Source: a virus
Reading direction: 5' to 3' (one strand)
DNA length: 64,000 bases
Virus record (IMG/VR): IMGVR_UViG_3300047462_000185
Location: 1-64,000 of that record
Shown in pieces: positions 1 through 8,900 of the stretch. Below the pieces are notes generated by a model, which was not told where the DNA came from, searched no databases, and worked only from the letters and a program-made list of their open reading frames with translations. The translations under genes and the position numbers were made by a program. Position 1 is the first letter of the stretch. Every line of letters begins with the position of its first letter.

Positions 1-483
1 TATCCGAGCAATGATATCGGGGCCGGCCAAACCTTGGCTCAGTGCCAGTCGTCCGTGCTCTCCATTGGATTGCTCTGCTCGTCGCTGGGCATTCCGATCT
101 GGCAGACCACGCTGCCGCCCCGCACCACCAGTCCTCAAAGCTCGGCAAACCTGCAGACCGTGCTGTCGACCGAGTCGGTTCGTATCTCGTGGAATCATTG
201 GGTCCGCGACGGCATGCCGATCAACTCGTCGTATTCACCGCTCGCCGTGGGATCGAATTCCGCGATCCGGGTCGGTCAGGCGGGTCACCCGTTCAGCGGC
301 GTGTTCGACACTGGCGCGTTGATCGAGGTCAACGCCAGCAACCAGTTCCAGCTCGACGGCGGGTTCTGGTATTGCGGCCCGGGCAACAACACGGTCTACA
401 GCAATGACGGCACGCACTATAACGGGCTGGCCGCGGTGCTGATGCAGCAGGGCATCACGACAAGCGTTTTCACGGTCAATTAA
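1..483 (+). CDS. SGNH/GDSL hydrolase-like protein, C-terminal part (5' truncated by window edge)
   Basis: Frame 1 is open from base 1 (YPSNDIGAGQTLAQ...) and ends ...SNDGTHYNGLAAVLM, resembling SGNH block III (xxND) and block V (DxxH). Confidence 0.55.
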   Translation, partial: YPSNDIGAGQTLAQCQSSVLSIGLLCSSLGIPIWQTTLPPRTTSPQSSANLQTVLSTESVRISWNHWVRDGMPINSSYSPLAVGSNSAIRVGQAGHPFSGVFDTGALIEVNASNQFQLDGGFWYCGPGNNTVYSNDGTHYNGLAAVLMQQGITTSVFTVN

Positions 484-500
484 ATCGGGGGCGCGCAGGC

Positions 501-731
501 ATGATCTCGCTCTGGCGCACCGCGCTCACCTCCAGGGACAATCAGTCCGGCGATATCGGCCGCATCTCCCTAGCACTCCTGCTCACCACCTATTGCTGCC
601 TTGAGATCTACAGTGTGGTCTGGCTCAAGCAGCCATTCAGCGAGATGCAATTCGCCACGGCAGGCGCCGCTCTCGTGGCGGGCTGCTCGGCAGGGCTGCG
701 TCTGAAGGCCTCCACCGAACCGGGCAGCTGA
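501..731 (+). CDS. Small two-TM membrane protein, possible holin
   Basis: 76 aa with two hydrophobic segments and a charged C-terminus (LRLKASTEPGS); TGATG overlap with the next gene. Confidence 0.5.
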   Translation: MISLWRTALTSRDNQSGDIGRISLALLLTTYCCLEIYSVVWLKQPFSEMQFATAGAALVAGCSAGLRLKASTEPGS

Positions 732-2731
732 TGCTGGTCAAGCACGAGGCCGGCAAGCCGCTCAGCGATGCGGAACGCAAGCAGCGCCGCGACGCGGCAC
801 GGGCGCGCTGGCACGTCGGCCTCGTCGCGACAGGCGCTGCTGTCGGCGCGGCTGCCGGTGCTGGGCGTGCCGCGGCGCGCACCGCGATCACGAGCCAGAA
901 CGAGATCGTGGCCCGCACCCGCGCCGCCGGCGTGCATGCGGCAGAGACAGCCGCCGCGGCCGAGCGTCGCATCCAGGAACGCGCAGATCGGCGCAACGCC
1001 GCGATCCGCGAGGCGTTTCGGTTTCGCAGGCGCGCAAACCCAGAGACGCAGCGCGAGCGCCAGCAGCGCTTTGGGCGCACCCTCGAGGAGGCCCGAAAGC
1101 CGGATACTGCAGCGGCGCGCCGCACCGTGCCGCCCGTCATCGGCACGCCCGAAAATGCGCGCATTTACGACTACCAGATCGCCTCTGCGCAACTGAAGCT
1201 GGGTGCCGAGCAGCGCTACCTTGCGCGCCTCAAGCAAGCCGAGCAGGACGCGTTCGACGGCAAGGACGTGCAGGCGCCCGAGCCGCGTCTGGTCCGCGCC
1301 ATCACCCAGCGCGTGGCGCGCCTGCAGCGCGACCTCGATGAGCTGAACCGGCTCAAGGCGCGCGCGCACGACAAGATCGTGCGGCGGGGCACCACAGCAA
1401 CCCGCCGGGGCAAGTCCGTCGATGTGCGGCCCACCACGACCGACCAGTTCCGCGGCGGCGAAACACTGCGCCAGCGCAAGAACCGCATCCTTGGTGCCAA
1501 GCGCGAACTCGCGGCCAAGGAGCGCAAGGTGTTGGACCAGTCGGCCCGCACGACAGCTGCGCTGCGCACCAGGGCCCGTGAGACTGCCTTCGAGGACGCT
1601 GGGGAAGCTGTCAGGCGGGCCTTCGTGCAGGGCCGCTACGGGAGCCGCATCGCCCGTGCCGCCGGGCGTGCCGGCCTCGTGGGGGCCGGAATCGGGGCCG
1701 CCGTCGGCGCCGGTGTGGCCGGCGCACACTGGCTCGCTACCCGGCGGGTCGAGAAGCTGGCCAAGGCCGCACCCGATGAGCCGGAAGATCCGATCGAGGT
1801 CGAGCGGAAGATCGCGGTCGAGCTGGCCCGCGTGTTCCAGGGCTGGATCAAGCAGATCTCTGACGAGACACCGACCATCAAGCTGGAGCAGGACCTGGGC
1901 CGCGCCCTGGCGCCGCTGGCCGACGTGTTCCGTGACGGCGCGAAGAAGCCGCCGATCGACGCCGGCGCGTCCGACCCCCGCGTGATCGAGTTCGACTTCG
2001 ACAAGATGAACCCAGCGGTGCGCCAGCACATGCAGGACTACACGCTGAACCGGATCCGTGAGATCTCCGACGAGCAGCGCGACGCGGTCCGTGCCGTGCT
2101 TCAGGGTGCCATAGCCGACGGCGCCGCACCTGCCACGATGGCGCAGCAGATCAAAGAGACGATCGGCTTGACCGTGGCCCAAGCTGCTATGGTCCAGACG
2201 TTCCGCAAGCAACTGGACGCGCTCGATCCGAACGCGCTGAACCGCCAGTTGCGCGACAAGCGGTTCGACCGGACCGTCCAGAAGGCGATCGACACCGGCA
2301 CACCGCTGTCGGACGCCCAGGTCAACAAGATGGTCGACGCGTATCACCGTCGGTTCGTCGCGTTGCGCGCCATGACGATCGCGCGGACCGAAGCGCTCCG
2401 AGCCGCGAACTACGGCAACCTGGCCGGGATGCGCCGCTTCCTGGAGGCGCACCCAGACTTCACAGTCATCAAGACCTGGAAGGCGACCGAGGACGAGCGG
2501 ACCCGCGAGACGCACCGCGAGCTCGACGGGCGCCAGGTCCTGGGGATCGACACGCCGTTCCTGACCGGCACGGGCGACACGATCCGCTGGCCGCACGACG
2601 ACACCGCGCCTGCGCGAGAGGTCGTCAACTGCCGCTGCACCCTGCAGTTCGTGGTCATCCCGAAGTCCACCGCCGTGTCCCGCTTCCTGACCGCCGATCA
2701 ACCCATAGCACCGTGGAGACCAAAGCCATGA
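731..2731 (+). CDS. Phage Mu F-like (SPP1 gp7 family) minor head protein with long Arg-rich N-terminal extension
   Basis: C-terminal RAMTIARTE...KTWKATEDERTRETHRELDG...WPHD...VNCRCT signature of MuF. Confidence 0.9.
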   Translation: MLVKHEAGKPLSDAERKQRRDAARARWHVGLVATGAAVGAAAGAGRAAARTAITSQNEIVARTRAAGVHAAETAAAAERRIQERADRRNAAIREAFRFRRRANPETQRERQQRFGRTLEEARKPDTAAARRTVPPVIGTPENARIYDYQIASAQLKLGAEQRYLARLKQAEQDAFDGKDVQAPEPRLVRAITQRVARLQRDLDELNRLKARAHDKIVRRGTTATRRGKSVDVRPTTTDQFRGGETLRQRKNRILGAKRELAAKERKVLDQSARTTAALRTRARETAFEDAGEAVRRAFVQGRYGSRIARAAGRAGLVGAGIGAAVGAGVAGAHWLATRRVEKLAKAAPDEPEDPIEVERKIAVELARVFQGWIKQISDETPTIKLEQDLGRALAPLADVFRDGAKKPPIDAGASDPRVIEFDFDKMNPAVRQHMQDYTLNRIREISDEQRDAVRAVLQGAIADGAAPATMAQQIKETIGLTVAQAAMVQTFRKQLDALDPNALNRQLRDKRFDRTVQKAIDTGTPLSDAQVNKMVDAYHRRFVALRAMTIARTEALRAANYGNLAGMRRFLEAHPDFTVIKTWKATEDERTRETHRELDGRQVLGIDTPFLTGTGDTIRWPHDDTAPAREVVNCRCTLQFVVIPKSTAVSRFLTADQPIAPWRPKP

Positions 2732-3759
2732 CCCAGACCGCTGTCGCCACTGCCGACCGGCAGTATGGCGCCCTGCAGAAGATGATCGACGTGGCGAACA
2801 CGCCCGAGGCGAAACAGCGCCTGATGTTCAAGGTCGCGATGTATCGCGCCGACATCAACAAGGCGCAGGCCCAGTTCGAGCAGATGTCCAAGGCGATGAA
2901 GCCGGCCGAGGCCCAGACCGTGATGAAGGGCGCGCTCCAGAAGTGGATCGACGCGGGCGACGGCGAGCTGAAGAAGGCCGTGGCGCAAGGCGTGTTCGGC
3001 CATATGTCGAACGTCGGCAAGCCACCGGCCGGCGAGCATGGCACCCCGGTAGCGGGACGGATCACCGGCAAAGACGATGGCGGTGTGCCGCGCATCGGTG
3101 CCAAGCATCAGAGCGTCAAGGGCAACATGAGCCGGTCCGAGACGACAGGCGGCAAGGGCACGGTCGACCCGGTGGAGCGCGCCGAACATGAGCGTGGCCC
3201 GGAAGAGGACGAAATCCTGGCGCCCGACAGCGAGGATTTCGACTACGAGGGCGTCGAGGACGGCGAGACCGAGACGGTCGGCCATCCAGGTGACGACGAA
3301 GGCGAGGACGAGGGCGACATGAGGCGCAAGAAGGCCCGCGCCAAGCTCGCCGCCGGCGCCGGCAAGATCAAGGTCGGCCAAGCGTTTGGTGGCAAGGTCG
3401 GCCAGAAGGAGCCAATGCCGGCCAAGAAGGTCACTCTTGCGGTCGAGCTGGTGAAGATCGCTCCGGACGCGATGATCGATGTGCTGACCAAGTTGGCGCC
3501 GGCCGACAAGGTGGCGATGCTGACCAAGGCGGAGCGCTACGCGGCAGACCTGATGGCATTCATCGACGGGGCGCGCGAGGCCGGCCTGAGCAAGCGCGAT
3601 ATCAGCCGGTCGGTCAGCGAGTGGATGCGGGGCGGCGACGTGCTGACCAAGAAGTTCACCGCCGAGGCACTCGCCGGCGCCGGGCAGATCCCGCTCCAGC
3701 TCGGCAATATGGTCCTTGCCTGGGAGGGCCGGTCGGCGGGACGCGGCCCTTTCGGCTGA
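2728..3759 (+). CDS. Hypothetical head-module protein with acidic central tract
   Basis: ATGA overlap with the MuF stop, GGAG upstream, strong GC3 bias. Confidence 0.75.
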   Translation: MTQTAVATADRQYGALQKMIDVANTPEAKQRLMFKVAMYRADINKAQAQFEQMSKAMKPAEAQTVMKGALQKWIDAGDGELKKAVAQGVFGHMSNVGKPPAGEHGTPVAGRITGKDDGGVPRIGAKHQSVKGNMSRSETTGGKGTVDPVERAEHERGPEEDEILAPDSEDFDYEGVEDGETETVGHPGDDEGEDEGDMRRKKARAKLAAGAGKIKVGQAFGGKVGQKEPMPAKKVTLAVELVKIAPDAMIDVLTKLAPADKVAMLTKAERYAADLMAFIDGAREAGLSKRDISRSVSEWMRGGDVLTKKFTAEALAGAGQIPLQLGNMVLAWEGRSAGRGPFG

Positions 3760-3926
3760 GGAAGAGCTTTTCCGAGGGCGCGATGCATGCCCTCGGGAAC
3801 GCGATCGGCATCATCGAGCGCCAGGCCGCGCGGCGCGCGAAGCCGAAATCTTCCCGGCACCACCTGATTGCCGGCTATCGCGTCGGGCGCGGCCTGCCCG
3901 CGAAGAAAGGGTTCACCGCGCCATGA
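3756..3926 (+). CDS. Short basic ORF, either independent (ATG 3783) or a -1 frameshift extension of the upstream gene
   Basis: Fills the gap exactly; its TGA overlaps the protease ATG (ATGA 3923-3926). Confidence 0.45.
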   Translation: MRKSFSEGAMHALGNAIGIIERQAARRAKPKSSRHHLIAGYRVGRGLPAKKGFTAP

Positions 3927-5170
3927 ACATGTCGCTGACGATGCCGCCGAAGGGCGCGATGCAAATCTTCGTCCCGCTCTGCAAGATCGACGAGGAGAAG
4001 CGCCTGGTCTATGGCATTGCCGCAGTCGAGAAGCCGGACAAGGCTGGCGAGATCATGGACTATGCCACGGCCAAGCCGGCCTTCACCGAATGGTCGAACA
4101 GCTTCTCGAATGCCACGAACGGCATGTCCAAGGGCAATGTGCGCGTGATGCATAACCCGAAGTTGGTCGCGGGCAAGCTGACCGACATGACGTTCGACGA
4201 CGACAACAAGGCGGTCCATGTCTGCGCGAAGATCGTCGACGACGCCGAGTGGCAGAAGACGCTGGAGGGCTGCTACACCGGTTTCTCGATCGGCGGCGGC
4301 TATGGCAATTGGTGGGCCGATGGCGCCTTGAAGCGCTACACGCCGAAGATCGCCGAGATCAGCCTGGTGGACAGCCCGTGCATCCCGGGCGCGCGCATCA
4401 TCGAGCTGCAGAAGGCGGACGGCAGCGTGACGGAGATCCACGCGACCGGCCGTGCCCCGCTGACCTACGGGCAGATGGTGCCGCCCAAGACCTATGGCGA
4501 TTTGGCGAAGGGGTTGGGTGGCATCGCGCGCATGGCGGGTCGGGGCGCCCTGAATTACTTCGACAGGGCTGGCGATATTGGCGAAAATATTGGAAGTTAC
4601 GCAGGCGGCCACATCGGAAATTTCGCCGGCAGAGCCGCAGCAACCGCGCCAGCCGTGGCTGCTTATGTTGGTGCGAAAAACCATGTCAGTGCAGCGTTAA
4701 GCGACCGTAAGCGCGACGAGCACGGCCGCTTCGCCGCTAAAATCGATGGCGCCTACGAAATGCGCAAAGGTCTGGGCGGTTTTGCGCGGATCGCCGGCCG
4801 CATCGAGCGCGAGGCTGTGCATTCGCCGCGGCTGGGCACCCCGGTTCGCCCGCGCATCCAGAGCGAGGGCCGATTCTCGGCGCGGCTCGGCAGCGGTATG
4901 GAAGATGCCAAGTCGCGCGACGCATCCGGCGCGACACATGCGCCAAGAAAGACAGGCCGTGGTCGCCTGATCACCGAACACGAGGTGCGCGCCGCGGCTC
5001 GCTCCGGCGCGGTTGGTGCAGGCATCGGAGCGGCCGCAGGCTATGGTGCTGGCCGCCGCGCCAAGCCCTTCGCCAGCACGGTCGAGCCGGACGAGCATCG
5101 CCGCGATGAGCATGGTCGCTTCGCCCACAAGATCGATGGCGCCCACGAGTTGAGCAAGCGCCGTGTCTAA
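3923..5170 (+). CDS. Prohead serine protease (XkdF/HK97-like) with C-terminal repeated cassettes
   Basis: KIDEEKRLVYGIA...PDKAGEIMD...NVRVMH...AGKL...YTGFSIGG...EISLVDSPC motifs (His and Ser catalytic contexts); head-module position. Confidence 0.85.
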   Translation: MNMSLTMPPKGAMQIFVPLCKIDEEKRLVYGIAAVEKPDKAGEIMDYATAKPAFTEWSNSFSNATNGMSKGNVRVMHNPKLVAGKLTDMTFDDDNKAVHVCAKIVDDAEWQKTLEGCYTGFSIGGGYGNWWADGALKRYTPKIAEISLVDSPCIPGARIIELQKADGSVTEIHATGRAPLTYGQMVPPKTYGDLAKGLGGIARMAGRGALNYFDRAGDIGENIGSYAGGHIGNFAGRAAATAPAVAAYVGAKNHVSAALSDRKRDEHGRFAAKIDGAYEMRKGLGGFARIAGRIEREAVHSPRLGTPVRPRIQSEGRFSARLGSGMEDAKSRDASGATHAPRKTGRGRLITEHEVRAAARSGAVGAGIGAAAGYGAGRRAKPFASTVEPDEHRRDEHGRFAHKIDGAHELSKRRV

Positions 5171-5285
5171 GCCGCCGCACATCCCACCGATCGTCCTGCT
5201 CGGTCTGTTCAGCCTGTTCCTGATGATCGGGTTCTATATGGTGATCGGCGAGATCGTGTCCGGCACGATGATGCCCGGAGCCTAA
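5163..5285 (+). CDS. 40-aa single-TM membrane peptide
   Basis: GTG start overlapping the protease end; MSKPPHIPPIVLLGLFSLFLMIGFYMVIGEIVSGTMMPGA. Confidence 0.45.
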   Translation: MSKPPHIPPIVLLGLFSLFLMIGFYMVIGEIVSGTMMPGA

Positions 5286-5289
5286 CGCC

Positions 5290-5622
5290 TCACCGATAGA
5301 CGCAGACCAGCGATCCCGACGATCGCAACACGGTCTTGTTCATGTCGCAGACCGTGGCGGCCAGCCCGACCGGCGGCGGCGGCCCGTGCTCGATCATGGC
5401 GAGCATGTCGTTGAACGTCAGCTGATCGCCCGGCAAACAGGTGCCTCGTATCTGCGACACGATCTCGGTTCCCGACGGCTCGAAAGTGCGGACCATGTTG
5501 ACCACGCATGCGCCATTGGTCCGGGAGTTGTGATACGAAGTCTCGACCGGCTGAATAGCGGGTTGCGGCGCTGCGCAGCCAGCCAGAACAAGCGCAAATA
5601 TCGTCAGGTTTAGACTTCGCAT
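5290..5622 (-). CDS. Lipoprotein (moron-like)
   Basis: Signal peptide with lipobox LAGC; AGGAG upstream; opposite strand to the late operon. Confidence 0.75.
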   Translation of the reverse strand: MRSLNLTIFALVLAGCAAPQPAIQPVETSYHNSRTNGACVVNMVRTFEPSGTEIVSQIRGTCLPGDQLTFNDMLAMIEHGPPPPVGLAATVCDMNKTVLRSSGSLVCVYR

Positions 5623-5640
5623 TCTCGTCTCCTTACAACG

Positions 5641-5671
5641 AAAAACGCCGCACCCCGAAGGATGCAGCGCC
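5641..5671 (-). terminator. Intrinsic terminator
   Basis: Minus strand GGCGCTGCATCC-TTCG-GGGTGCGGCG followed by TTTTT. Confidence 0.65.
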
Positions 5672-5880
5672 TAGTCTTTCGGCCACAAATTGAAGCGGTT
5701 CATGACTTCGGTTGATCCAAAGCCAATCAGGACAAGCAACCAAACCGGGACAAGCCACCAAACCAAGAAGAAAATCGCGAAAACGAACAGCAATACACCA
5801 GCCAGCTGTCCGAAGAAGGACAAATCTTCATCGCTTTTGTATCCGGCGTGATTGTTGTTGGTTTCGGGCTTCTTCTGCAT
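5671..5880 (-). CDS. Small hydrophobic membrane protein (moron-like)
   Basis: GGAGG RBS, long hydrophobic stretch, lower GC than flanks. Confidence 0.65.
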   Translation of the reverse strand: MQKKPETNNNHAGYKSDEDLSFFGQLAGVLLFVFAIFFLVWWLVPVWLLVLIGFGSTEVMNRFNLWPKD

Positions 5881-5964
5881 TTTCCCTCCACACACGATCA
5901 TGTGGGAACTCAGCACCGTAACGGCTAGCGGCGGTGATCTGCAACCCTGGAATGAGGAGAGGCC

Positions 5965-8900
5965 ATGGCTCTGCCGAATCCTCACTTCGATGCCTCGGTG
6001 ATCGGCGCGTTGCGCCAGCGTCTCGTGGCGCACAACCAGGCGCTCGCCAAGCGGGACGACAGGCTCACCCTAGGCAAGATGAAGGGGCTCTATCGGCGCT
6101 TCTACCATGGCAGCGATGATCCGCACGTCGCTGCCCTGATCCGGATCGACAGCCACCTCGCCAAGTTGCGTAAGGCCGAGTTCGACGCGGATGACCATCC
6201 CCGCGGCGCTGGCGGCAAGTTCCGCTCGAAGGGCGGAGCGAGAGCTGGTGCATTCTACCCGGCAACCCGCGATCAGCACGAGGCGCTGAAAGACGAGAAC
6301 TACGGTTATCGCCAAAACCAAACCGCGATCATTCCCGAGACGCGCTACGAGACGCTCGGACCTCCCGCTGCCACAGCGATCGGTGTGGGAGCAGGTGCTA
6401 TCCAGGGCGCTCTGTTCTCGACCCCAAAGGGAGACGCAGTCGATCGCGTTGTGGGGCGTTTCGGCCGCGGATTGGGATGGCTGGCAGGTGATATCGCGGG
6501 TCGCGCCACAATCGGAGCACCTGTTGTCTTGAGCGCGAAGGCAGCGAGACTTGGAATCGGAATGATCAACCGTTCTACCGGTTCTCGATTTCCGCGACCA
6601 AAACCAGATGCGGGCAAAAAATATTTGGCAGCGGGAGCCAAGATCGGCCGTCGTGCTGGACAACAAGTAGGCGGCCTTGCAGGAAAAGCCACTGGGCAGC
6701 TTGCTTCCATTCCGGCGTGGGCAACACGTCGAGCAATCGCAGGAATGATACCAGGTCGCCGCGGCAAATTGATTGCCGCACTCGCTGGGGGTTCGGTCGG
6801 CGGCGTTTTTCCAGGCTATTACGCCTATGGGCACTACCTCAACGCTGGCGTCTCATCGATCGCCCCTTTCATCGACGCGATGTTCCCGCGCCATGTCGAA
6901 AAGGCATTCGGCGCCGACATCGCCGCGCTCCTGACGGACTCCGAGGTGCTGGCCAAGCGCGACGCCGTGCTCGGCCTAGCCGGCGGCAACGACGTGTTGG
7001 AGAAGGCGCTGGGCGCCGAGATTGTGCGACGCGCCGTTCGGTTGATCGGCACCAAGGCCCGCGGCGTCGTCACCAGCAACGCGACCCAGGTGCCGCGCAA
7101 GTTCCGCATGTCGGCCGCGGGGCGCGCCGCCGTCACGGCCAGCGGTGGTGCGGTCGGCTCGATCGCCGGCGCCGCCGGCGGGGCCGCGGTTGGAGCCGGG
7201 CGGGCCATCTGGTCGGAGTTCAACGAAAAGCATCCCCGCGACGAGCGCGGGCGCTTCGCGCATGCCAATTCGGGTCGCGCCATCGCCCATGCCGCCGTGG
7301 TGGGGGCAGCGGTCGGCAGCGGGATCGGCCTGCTGGGCGGGCGCTACGCGGCGCGCCGGTTCGAAACCCGCCTGGCACGCAATGCCCTGGAGACGCATTT
7401 CTCGGCCGAAAACGTGCAGCGGATGCACAGCGACCTCGCCGCCAAGGTCAAGGAGCGCGTCGCGGATCGCTTTCTGGATGGGATGCACGACCCCGACAAA
7501 ATGCATGCCGAGGCGCTCGCAGCCGCGGCCCGAAACAAGACGGAGAAGTCTGAAGCGGCTGAGTTCGGGCGCGCCGCGTCGCACCTGGCGCGTCACCGTC
7601 CCTCCCTGCCCGAGACGATTCCTGTCGCACCTGGCGCGGACATGCATGGCACGGTGCGGGCCTCTCTGGCGCGCGCCGCCAGGGTGCGGTTCGACGCCAC
7701 GATAGGGCGCGCCGCCACATCGCCGATCAGCTGGATCACGCACCAGCTCGACGAGGGGTTCGACACCGAGTTCCGCAAGGGTATGTCGGCGCTCGGCGAA
7801 AAGATGCCGATGTTCGCCAACGCCAAGGGCGCCAAGGCGAACCTGATCAACAACGTCGATCCGGAGCAGCTCAGCCCCGAGGCCCGCAAGCTGTGGGACG
7901 GACTGGTGGCGCGCCGGACCAAGACGCTGGATGAGGTCAAGGAGACGCTACACCGCCGCACCGGCGATATGCAGGGTGCCCAGAAGACGCAACGTGAGTT
8001 GCAGCGCAAGGTAGATGCACTGGCGGCGAAGCGGCAGCATGTCGAATACCGGGGCGCCGAACTGATCGATGACGACGAAGCCGATCCGGCCGAGTTGCGT
8101 GCCTTCCTGAAATCCGAATTCGGCATCGAGTCGAAGGTAAGCAAGCGTCTCGCGCCAGAGGCGCAGCTCAAGGCGCTCAAGACCGAACTGCATAGCGCGA
8201 TCACACAGTTCGACGCCTCGGCCAAGACAGAGATCGAAGACATGACGCGCGACCTGGAGGACGCCAGGGAGCAGGTCAACCATCTGTCATCCGATATCCA
8301 CGGCGATCTGCGGCCCGCCGAGCGCGAGGCGATCCGCAACCCGTTCGCCACAGGCAAGAAGTCGCCGTTCTTCGAGCCGGTCCCGACCCGGGAAGAGCTT
8401 GAATTGATGCGCCAGGTCGCGATCCGGCGCGATCCGACCGTGCGCGCGTTCGACACCGTGACAGAGCAGCGCATCCGCGACGCCGGCAAGCGGCTCGGTA
8501 GCATCCTAGCGACGCAGAAGAAGGCGCTGGAGCGCCGGGGCCGCGCCGGCCTGACGGATGCCGGGGCGCACTGGATGCGCCGCGCCACGCCTATCCTGGC
8601 CCAGCATCTCGATGATGCGATGGCCGACCTGCACGCGCTGCGCGAGACGATGGTGGGCAATCGCGAGCCGAAGGGCTTCCTGCATTGGGTGCTGTTCGAC
8701 CGCGACATGAAGACCGCGGGCGCCTGGATGAAGGCTCAGGCCAAGAAGGCCCACGATTTCGGCGAGAAGATCGGCGGCGCGGCCTGGAACAACAAGGCGA
8801 AGATTGTCGGCGCGCTGGGCGTGGCCGAGGCGATCGGCGGCGTGTCCTACGACGACAAGACAGGCACGAAGGTGACGCTCAACCCGCTGAAATGGTCGCT

